NCBI GenBank assembly: GCA_016748015.1
Contig: JAAOMT010000665.1
Location: 1-64,000, forward strand
Origin: Geosiphon pyriformis uo1
Taxonomy: Eukaryota > Fungi > Glomeromycota
DNA length: 64,000 nt
Reading direction: 5' to 3'
Shown: positions 40,166 through 50,234 of the stretch, one piece after another
Position numbering within the stretch: the first letter of the stretch is position 1
Layout: every line of letters begins with the position of its first letter
Made by a program: the position numbers and the translations under genes
Notes under the pieces: generated by a model
Databases searched by the model: none
What the model saw: only the letters and a program-made list of their open reading frames with translations
Told to the model about the DNA's origin: nothing

Positions 40166-41548
40166 ATGAACATACAAAAATATCAACAACTTTAACATTA
40201 TATAAACACTCAACAGTTCAAGGAGAATTTATCTCAAATGGAATAAAAGAGTATCAAACAACAATCAAAATATTTTATTACTTACCAAAATATACTTTAT
40301 CAGAAAAATAGAAGAGATCTAGATTAACCAACCAGAGTAATTACAGAGCCAGAAAAAGAGACAATATTATTCAACATGCACTCAAATCCAACAACAGGAC
40401 ACTTTCACAAAGAAGCAACCATAAAAAAAACCAGAAAAAGATATTATTGGCCATCAATGTATCTAGACATTATCCAATATGTTCAAAATTGTAACGCTTG
40501 TCAGCAAAGAGGAGGAACAAAACCCAGTAAACTATTAAAACCAATCAAAGTGGGACAACTATTTAACCATATTGGAATTAATTTAGTCAGACCATTAACA
40601 ATCACCAGCAGAGAAAACAGATACATAGCAGTAGCCATGAACTATTTCACTAAATGGCCAAAGACAAAAGCAATTCAAAGAGCAGATACAGAATCTGTTG
40701 CTGAATTCATCTATCAGAATTTGATTTGTCAACATGGATGTCCAAAAAAATTATTATCAGACCAAGGAATGCATTTTGTGAACAGAACATTAACAAAATT
40801 GAGCCAAAAATTCGGAATTAAGAGACCATTATCATCACCATACCATCCACAAACCAATGAATTAGTCAAAAAATTCAATAGAACATTGTGTGAAGCAATA
40901 GCTAAGCTCAGCCAAGAAAACCAGAATGATTGGAATTTGTTGATACCATCAGTACTATTTGCTTATCAGACAATGAAGCAAGATATTACACAAGCAACAC
41001 TATTTGAATTAGTATATGGTAGAACAGCAACACTACCAGTAGAAATAGAAGTCAGCACATACTCAACTGAACCAATAACAGAAGAGAATTTCAAAAACAC
41101 ATTGTTGAGAAAAACATATGACTTAATAGAAACATTAGAAAACAAATGATGGAAAGCAGCTGAGAACATACAAAGGTCACAAGAGAAACAAAAAAAAAGA
41201 CATGATAACCAACTACCAGATAAACCAATTGAACTCAAGAGTGGAGACAAAGTACTACTACATTGTACCAAAGCAGAAAAACAATGAAGTGGAAAATTTG
41301 ACCCCAAATGAGATGGACCATTTCACATAGAAAAAATTCTAGAAAATGGAGCTTACAAATTAAGATTGAATAACAAAATCTTGACCAAAACAGCACATGA
41401 AGATCGACTAAAACCATACCACCATATAACATTATCATTCACCAGTAATATTCCACAACTGAGAGTACAGAGAATACTAGTCCAACCAGATAAGATTCCA
41501 CAAGATCTGGAACCAATCATCATTATTGATAACAACACGTTCAATTGA
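40166..41548 (+). pseudogene. B4 integrase (separate ORF)
   Basis: ATG MNIQKYQQL; ORF 40376-41149 contains the HHCC and DDE core; GPF tail. Confidence 0.9.
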
Positions 41549-41572
41549 TCAACAGAAAGAATATATAAAGAC

Positions 41573-42232
41573 ATGGTTAACATAATGGAAAAACACAAAA
41601 AAATGGAAATTACTAACAACATTCATTTATTAGCACAACAAATCTTTCAATTAATCTAATACCAGAAAATAGAAATTACAATCAATCAACAAACCATTCG
41701 ATACAAAAGCACTGCAAGGATACCACAACACAAAGTACAGAGAAAACTCGAAAATGTTGTTAACAAGATCATGACCAAGATAAAATTGGCTATAAAAGAA
41801 CAACAAATAGTCAAATTACACCAAGAACTTACTGGAGAAACTTGGATTTGGTGAATGCAACAATTTCCAAAAAACTATTGTCATTTTTACTTGAGACAAC
41901 ACGTAAATATCCAGAATTTGTACACCAACAAAACAAAATGGTTATTCAACACAACAATACTAAGACAACTGGAACAATTTGTGGGAAAGAACAATCTGAC
42001 CACACAAGCTCAAGTCATTTACCAACTATATATAGGATTTCAAGACCAACTAGAAATTTTACTCAACACAGCAATAGATACAGTTATGAGTAATCAATTG
42101 GAAAAAATGACCAACACCCAATTTGAAGAACTACAAACTCAAATAACACAAATAATACTTGAAATAAAAGTTCAAGAAATAATTCAAGAGGGAGAATTAA
42201 AAAAGTTAGATTTCGATGAAGCTCAATATTAA
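41573..42232 (+). pseudogene. B4 ORF3
   Basis: MEITNNIHLLAQQIF...AQVIYQLYIGF...MTNTQFEELQ...FDEAQY-TAA, abutting the PPT. Confidence 0.7.
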
Positions 42233-42245
42233 AAGGAGGGAATAA

Positions 42246-42300
42246 TGTTACTCATAGAATATAGGAAGTATATTATTATTAGCAAGTAGATATTAGCCAA
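42246..42300 (+). repeat. B4 3' LTR, left piece
   Basis: TGTTACTCATAG...TAGCCAA, matching the start of the 32794 LTR apart from transitions. Confidence 0.88.
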
Positions 42301-43297
42301 TATTACCAGTAAAATTTTAGCTAGTAATTAGCATGAAATTACCCTTATAATTCCTATAATTCATTAGTATATTAATATCATTTTAAATTATCATTTATTA
42401 TTTAATCAATTATCACATATCACGATTCAATTAAAATAATCTAATTAGTATAACAGAAAGTAAGATGATCAAATTACACAATACCCTGAACTTTGTAACA
42501 TTCAAAAATTCGCCGAAATTTACAGAAATTCGCCGAAATTTATAAGAAATTCGCCGAAATTATGAATAGTTCACCCAAATTAATCAATAGTTCAGCAAAA
42601 TAACTTGTAGTTCATCAAAATGTATCTTTAGTTTGCCGGAATTTGGGCAAAAAGAAAAAGTGCAAGTTCATAAACTAGTACTACAACAAGTTGTATAAAA
42701 GAAAAGCTTTTCTCTTCTGGAAAATATATTTTACTTTAAATTTATCTCTTAAAAAAAACCATTTCTATACACACAAAAAGAAATAAAAATCAAATAATTT
42801 GAAGAAACCAAATTCTTTAATTATTGTACTTGGAAAATCCCCAAAACCCAACTAACATTTCGAAATTGATTAGCTACCAATTTCAGTAAACTGTTAGTGA
42901 CTCCAGGCCTGGATAGAAAACGTTTCTCTTGACAAAATTCTATTTCTTTTACATTTCTTTTATTTTCTTTTATTTTTCTTGTCATAATTATTAGGGTAAC
43001 CTACAGACAAGATTCTTGTAGAAGAGTTGACTTTCACAGCAAAGTAACTACACATTTTTAGTAAGCTTCTAGACAAGCAATTCCTGGGAAAGAGTTGATG
43101 TTTACTACAACATAACTACACAAAGCAACTGGCATGGAATTGGCTATTTTACTTATAAGCCCAGCAATTCAAATTATAGGAGATAATTTGAAGATAAATT
43201 CAGTTATTGAAGGTTCAACTACTTCCTGAAAACGTGAATTCACAGCAAATCAACATTACCAACATTTAAGAAAAGAGACCAAAAACCTTCGGTAACA
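42301..43297 (+). repeat. C2 5' LTR
   Basis: T(A)TTACC...GGTAACA; AATTCGCCGAAATT three times at 42507-42562; TATAAAA at 42694; AATAAA at 42782. Confidence 0.92.
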
Positions 43298-45279
43298 TTT
43301 GGTGCTCTCCCATGGAAATAACACAGCAACAACAAATTCAAAGTGGCGACCACACCAGACACAGCAACTCTAGAGTATTACCAGTCAATTTACACCCACT
43401 GCAAGCAAAGATTCAACATTTCAGATGGAATTGAAATTGTAAAGAAATCAGTATACCAATACATTGAAAACCGCATCAACAATTATCTTTTTGGAAACTA
43501 CAACATTTCAGAAGTTAGAAGCAACTTCTACAATAATTTAGTGCATTATTCACATTTGGGAACAGAAGACCTGAACAGTGAAACACTTGCTACCTACTTC
43601 CAAGAACTTAATTTTAATATTATTAAGCATTGTGAAGAAAAATACCCAGTACAGTCTAAATACTCTTTTGACTTTGAATCAAAGACAGAAACAAGCAATA
43701 AAGGCAAACAAAGATTGAAGCAATACTCAAGAACCACTCCAAACACTCCAACACTACAAAAGACAACTGCCAAACACTTGCAAACACCTGAACAAGGAAT
43801 CAGTGTCAAATTACCACTTTCTATTATACCATTTCCAATTTCACTTGTTCAACCACAAACACCAAGTTCACCACTTAGCCGTTTCTCCAGACCAGAAGAT
43901 TTTCAGTCACCTAAAAATCCTACTCAACAGCAGGAACCAATATCAACAAGTGCCAATATCATTGATTACTTACAGGAAAACGAAAGTAATTACTCAGAAA
44001 GCTTGGAAAGTAAAAAAACTGAATCAGAACCAGAAAAAATTCCAGAAAACGAAGAAGAAATAGCAACTGTTTACATTGCAAAAATCCCAGAATTCACTGG
44101 TGAAGACAATGATACCAGTCCTCAAGAATGGCTTGACAAAGTTCAAAAAGCAGGAGATGTAAACGGTTGGATTGCAGTAAGAATGCTCAAAGCAATTCCC
44201 TACTTTCTCCAAGGAACAGCAGGAGAATGGTTTGAAAATTTAGAAGAACCATTTGAAAACTGGCAAGCATTCAAAGATGTTTTTCTACAACAATTCACTG
44301 ACAACAATACCTCTATCACTCTCAGAAACTGCTTTTGCAATATCAAACAAGAAACATTTGAATCTGTTATGACCTATCTTGGAAGATTTAACAAACTTCT
44401 CAGACGAATCCGACAATTGGAAACCAATGACTACTATTCTGATGCTCAAATTCTGGATCAGTTTATAGCAGAGTTAAAAGACAAACTGATTAAAAAAGTC
44501 CGTCCACATGCTCCAGCAGACTTAGCAACTGCTATTAGACATACAAAGAGCTATGAAATGGCAATGGAAGAAGCCAATCACACCAAGCTTGTAAACCTTG
44601 CAATTGGAGAAACCAGCTTAGCAGCTGAAAAGAAGATAGACCAACTCACAAAAAAAGTTGAAAGCTACTTTACAAACCAACAACAATAGCAACAACAACC
44701 ACAAAGATATCAATCCCCACAACAACACAACCAAAACAATTTTGGATTATCATCCAACAACCAATCTCAAAATTGTCATTATTGTGGAATTCCAGAGCAC
44801 TGAAAACGAGATTGTAGAAAATTACAAAGAGACCAACAAAACAGGAGTAATCAATGTTACTCTTCACCACAACAATCCTATTACCAATCTCCACCACCAA
44901 CTTATTATTCACCAAGACCACAAAATCAAAACAGTTACTATCCACCAGCTCCACAATCAATGCAGCAACAATATCAGCAATCTTTACCAATTCAGCCATA
45001 TCAGACACCACCCACTCAACAATATCAAGTACCAGCAAGAAGATTGGTTTAACATAACCCATCCATACCCCAAAATCAATTGCAGAATAACCACAACATA
45101 ATCAATCCAAATAACCAGTTGGTTCCCCGAAATTTGGGCCAGCAAAGACCCAATCACTATCACACTCAACCCAGTTATCTTACAATACCAGAGGAATCGG
45201 ATTTTCAACAAACTGCACTTTCTGAAGGTGAAATTACAGCACCAAGATCAAACTCTTCCAACCACACCATTCCCCCAGC

Positions 45280-45484
45280 NNNNNNNNNNNNNNNNNNNNN
45301 NNNNNNNNNNNNNNNNNNNNNNNNNNNNNNNNNNNNNNNNNNNNNNNNNNNNNNNNNNNNNNNNNNNNNNNNNNNNNNNNNNNNNNNNNNNNNNNNNNNN
45401 NNNNNNNNNNNNNNNNNNNNNNNNNNNNNNNNNNNNNNNNNNNNNNNNNNNNNNNNNNNNNNNNNNNNNNNNNNNNNNNNNNNN
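45280..45484. other. Assembly gap (N)
   Basis: N run; the paralogous C1 segment (~20963-21537, protease) is longer than the gap. Confidence 0.99.
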
Positions 45485-46319
45485 CATCCAATTGGGCTGA
45501 AGAAACCGAACAAGAGATTTTCGAAGAATCAAGGGGATGGAAGAAAGTTAGATATTCTACACCAGAACCACAGAAACAACTACTCTATATTCCACTCAAA
45601 TGCAAAGATTGCAACAAAAAACTTTCATCAATGAGAGCATGTATTTCTCCAGAAAAGGAATATGAAACTCGTACCTGTTACTTTTGCAAAGCATGCCATA
45701 GAGAACAATTTGGATCTCCAAAAAGAAGTGGAAAATGGGACAACACACCTTGCCTTACATGTGGAGAAATACTACCAGAAGAATACAATTGGATTGATGT
45801 AGCAATGAGAAAAGGAGTATGTGATCAAACCTGTCAATATGCTCTATCAATTTCGGAAAAAGTCAGAAGAGGGACACCATTTGATGCAGCATACAACAGT
45901 GCTCTCAATAAACTTTACCACTACCCTCATGATGCTGAAATGATTTTTGACCTAGCAATGGCATTAATCAATGGAGCCACTCAAGAAGATGTCCGCCAAA
46001 TGAAAGAAGCTGAATATATTGAGTACACCATGGAATTAGCTGGATTGATTATGAAGATGAAGTAGAAACCTACCACCAAATTGCAAGCCATACATATCCG
46101 ACCAAAGAAGCTCAAATTCAATGATTAGAGCAAATGAACATTCAATTGTGTGAAGAATGTGTTATGTCTTGTGATGACCAATAATGTTTAGAATGTTATG
46201 CTCTTAGCATTCCTCTGCCAGATGAGAATGATGAAAATGAAATCGAATTTGGAATATCTGAACAAGTAGAAAAACTACCAACCACTCCCATCTATCTTCT
46301 TGAAAAGCAACCACCTCTA

Positions 46320-46750
46320 CAACTTAAATATTTTGACAACTATGGCCAAGGAATCAGACCAGAAAAAGCACACGAAATTAATGCTGGATATGACTTGAGA
46401 TACCCAGGAAAAGATACTTTGATTCTTCAACCAAAGTCTTTGACAAAAATCAATCTAAAAATTGCTCTTGAAATTCCACTAGGAGCAATGGTTCAAATTG
46501 CCTCCAGATCATCATTGGCAAGCAAAGGAATTAATATTAGAGGAGGAGTTATAGATGCAGGATACACTGGAGACATTACTATTATGTTACAAAATAAGAC
46601 AGACAAACCATTCAAAATTGAACATGCTGAAAAAATTGCTCAAGCAATTTACTTACCCTTAATCAACATTTCGGGTTTACAATCAGTAAACAACAGAGAA
46701 CAATTGGGAAAAAGTGAAAGAGGAACTCAAGGTTTTGGTTCAACTGGACG
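46320..46750 (+). CDS. dut: dUTPase domain within C2 pol, all five motifs intact
   Basis: AGYDL, ASRSSLA, GGVIDAGYTG, EKIAQAI, RGTQGFGSTG. Confidence 0.93.
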
Positions 46751-47286
46751 ATTTATAGTTCCAGTAAACATAGTTCTTAATACACAAAATGAATCTCACC
46801 AGATTCTTCAACTTCCTCAGCCAATTACTATTTCATCTTTTGGAGAACATCACGAAATTTACACTTGCTCAAAACCTACCACTACACAACAAATCTTTGA
46901 ATCCAATGAACAAATCTGTTTGAAGCATGAAATATCAATTCCAAACGTTTATATTCTCAAAGGAATGAAAAAATTTTGAGTTACATTCTACAACCCCAAT
47001 AATTACCCTATTGTTTTATTAAACAAATTAGAAATTGGAATCATACACAGCAATATCTTTCAAGATGAAAACCCTTAAATTGTTTCTAATTTCATCAAAA
47101 TTATAAAACACACTCTACTCCCAAATCCAAATATCATTCCCACTACTGAAAACTACCACTTGTTGAAAGAAAAACTCTCTCGAATCAATATGGGTTCCTT
47201 AGAACCTCAACAACAAAGACAATTGAAACAATTGATAGCTGAATTTGCAGATATATTTGCAAAAGACAACAATGACTTGGGAAAAA

Positions 47287-47305
47287 AGATGTGTATAAGA
47301 GACAG
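47287..47305 (+). other. Tn5 mosaic end / Nextera adapter sequence (assembly artefact)
   Basis: Exact AGATGTGTATAAGAGACAG at the junction that fuses the start of RT to the integrase N-terminus. Confidence 0.95.
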
Positions 47306-48540
47306 AACCCAAACCAACCACTCAAATTAGTACAAGAGAATGAAAAAAAAAAATTTTATACAACATGCACACAGATCCGTCTTCAGCACACTTGGAAAAA
47401 AAGGAAACAATTCAAAGAACCCTTGAACATTATTTTTGGTCTTACATGCAAAAAGACATTCGACAATATGTAGAATCTTGTGATAACTGCCAAAGAAGAG
47501 AAGGAACTCGCCCCACAGAACCTTTAAATCCAATCAAAGTTGGACAACCTTTTGACAGAGTTGGAATTGATTTAGTCGGACCATTACCTATCACAACCCA
47601 AGGAAATTGTTATATTATAGTTGCAGTGGATTATCTTACCAAATGGCCTGAAGCTAGAGCCATCCAAAGAGCAGATGCAAAATCAGTAGCAAAATTCATC
47701 TATGAAGACATTATCTGTAGACATGGATGCCCAATTGAACTTTTATCTGATCAAGGAACACATTTTGTGAACAACTTGATACAAGAAATTTGTGAATGGT
47801 TCAATGTCAAAAGACCTCTATCATCACCTTATTACTCTCAAACAAATGGACTTGTAGAACGTTTTAACAGAACATTGTGTGAATCTTTAGCCAAAGTCTC
47901 AACAAACTTTGAACAGGAATGAGATATTTTTATTCCATCAGTGTTACTAGCATACAGAACACTAAAACAAGATACTATGAAACACACACCATTTGATCTT
48001 ACTTATGGAAAGACAGCAATATTACCAATTAATTTCACAGTAGAAACATACCCAGTGCAACCAATCAATGAAAAAAACTTTCAAGAAACACTCCAAAGAA
48101 AAGCCTACACGCTTCTTAGTACACTGGAAGGAAAAAAAAGAATAGCAGCAGTTCATATTGAACATTCCCAAGCTCAACAAAAAGAAAGACATGACAACAA
48201 ATTACCATCTATTACCAACGAATTTAAAGTTGGAAATAAAGTTTTCTTACACAGAACTAAGGCTGAAAAACAATGGAGTGGGAAATTTGAAAACAAATGG
48301 GATGAACCATTTTATATTCACGAAATTCTAGGCAATGGATCATATAAGTTAAGACTAGATGACAAAATATTAGCAAAAGTTGCACATGGAGACAGACTGA
48401 AACACTATTATTCCAGAAACAATCCTGAACCATTAATTCCACAAATTGGTACACATTCCCCTTTAATTAATCCTGAAGATATTTCCTGAAATTTAGAATC
48501 AATAATTATAATAGAACAATAACCAAACTTGAAACACTTA
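47306..48540 (+). pseudogene. C2 integrase (first codons lost at the adapter junction)
   Basis: ORFs 47365-47922 and 47941-48489: H-x6-H, CDNC, GIDLVGPL, SDQGTHF, TNGLVERFNRTL, KWDEPF...HGDRLK. Confidence 0.92.
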
Positions 48541-48689
48541 AATTTTACAATAATTCTCTACTAAAAACACAAAGACAAAAATAGTAAATAATTACAAAAC
48601 ACCCAAACCCAAAAACAAATAAAAAAAAACCCCCATATCCAAAAAATAATTTTCTTTATTTTCTCTTTTCATAATTAGTCAATTTTATC

Positions 48690-49359
48690 ATGATTATTCC
48701 CCGAAATATTCAACAAATATCCCAAAAATTAATGTTAGCCTTGAAAACACTCCCTAACTTATCTATAACAATTAATAGAAGTCAAATTAAATACATTCAG
48801 AAAGAAACCACAGCCCTAGTAGCAAATCATTTACAGAACTATCACCCCTATAGAAGAGAAACAAGAAGTCACTCTGAAAATAGATTACCAAGACTTTTGA
48901 AGCAGGCACTAAAAGAAAATCTGCTAATTGCCCCTATTGACATTCCACCAAATGCTACAATGCAACAAAAACTACTACTACTTCTTAATGAACAGAACAA
49001 TAAACACACCCCTATCTATAGATACTTTCAAATTGGAAAAACACTTTATGAACGAAAACTGGAACTTGAAGCAACAAATCTCACTTCTGAAGTTATACAA
49101 AAACAAATCTACAATGAATTCAAAACAGCAGCTGGACCAACAAACACTCACTACAAACTTAGAGCAGCTTTTAGACTCTATGATTTGTTTAATACTTGTG
49201 AAAATATTCTACAAAATCTAATACTGCAATCAATGAAAGTCCAATACATTGGCAAACTCACAGAACTGAAATTTCAACAATTTTCAGACCAGATTACTTC
49301 AATCATTTTAGATCACTATCTCAATATTACAGATAGTGCTTGGACTTCGACGGAGCTCA
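48690..49359 (+). CDS. C2 ORF3, uninterrupted for 223 codons up to the gap; unknown function
   Basis: Open from ATG 48690; homologous to the segments in the same position in A1, B1, B4 and C1; no signal peptide or TM segment visible. Confidence 0.8.
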
Positions 49360-49718
49360 NNNNNNNNNNNNNNNNNNNNNNNNNNNNNNNNNNNNNNNNN
49401 NNNNNNNNNNNNNNNNNNNNNNNNNNNNNNNNNNNNNNNNNNNNNNNNNNNNNNNNNNNNNNNNNNNNNNNNNNNNNNNNNNNNNNNNNNNNNNNNNNNN
49501 NNNNNNNNNNNNNNNNNNNNNNNNNNNNNNNNNNNNNNNNNNNNNNNNNNNNNNNNNNNNNNNNNNNNNNNNNNNNNNNNNNNNNNNNNNNNNNNNNNNN
49601 NNNNNNNNNNNNNNNNNNNNNNNNNNNNNNNNNNNNNNNNNNNNNNNNNNNNNNNNNNNNNNNNNNNNNNNNNNNNNNNNNNNNNNNNNNNNNNNNNNNN
49701 NNNNNNNNNNNNNNNNNA
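49360..49718. other. Assembly gap (N) covering the PPT and U3 of the C2 3' LTR
   Basis: N run. Confidence 0.99.
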
Positions 49719-50234
49719 AATAAAAATCAAATAATTTGAAGAAACCAAATTCTTTAATTATTGTACTTGGAAAATCCCCAAAACCCAACTAACATTTCGA
49801 AATTGATTAGCTACCAATTTCAGTAAATTGTTAGTGACTCCAGGCCTGGATAGAAAACGTTTCTCTTGACAAAATTCTATTTCTTTTACATTTCTTTTAT
49901 TTTCTTTTATTTTTCTTGTCATAATCATTAGGGTAACCTACAGACAAGATTCTTGTAGAAGAGTTGACTTTCACAGCAAAGTAACTACACATTTTTAGTG
50001 AGCTTTCAGACGAGCAATTCCTGGGAAAGAGTTGATGTTTACTACAACATAACTACACAAAGCAACTGGCACGAAATTGGCCATTTTACTTATAAGCCCA
50101 GCAGTTCAAATTATAGGAGATAATTTGAAGATAAATTCAGTTATTGAAGGTTCAACTACTTCCTGAAAACGTGAATTCACAGCAAATCAACATTACCAAC
50201 ATTTAAGAAAAGAGACCAAAAACCTCCAGTAACA
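49719..50234 (+). repeat. C2 3' LTR (R/U5 part)
   Basis: Near-identical to 42782-43297; the differences I found are transitions. Confidence 0.93.

Larger units (their letters stand above)
43343..47286 (+). pseudogene. gag-pol: C2 gag-pol up to the start of RT (448-codon open gag from GTG; protease lies in the N gap)
   Basis: ORF 43343-44689 (capsid-like WLDKV...AIPYFL...FIAELK), knuckle CHYCGIPEH, Cys-rich ORF 45631-46065, dUTPase ORF 46395-46979. Confidence 0.9.
42301..50234 (+). mobile_element. Ty3/Gypsy element C2 with a 4-bp TSD CCAA; least mutated copy; contains assembly gaps and a chimeric join
   Basis: LTRs 42301-43297 and (gap)49719-50234; CCAA at 42297-42300 and 50235-50238; PBS at 43300. 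Confidence 0.93.

Noticed and set aside
45205-45634. X-rich ORFs spanning the N runs (also 49308-49788)
   Set aside because: Artefacts of assembly gaps.
46980-47365. C2 as a natural RT-less non-autonomous element or a Tn5-like insertion
   Set aside because: The junction is exactly the Nextera/Tn5 mosaic end, with no transposon body or 9-bp TSD; it is a library artefact.
48300-48540. Chromodomain at the integrase C-terminus
   Set aside because: After the GPY/F region there is only a short IPQxG...LEPIIxI tail with no chromodomain motifs.
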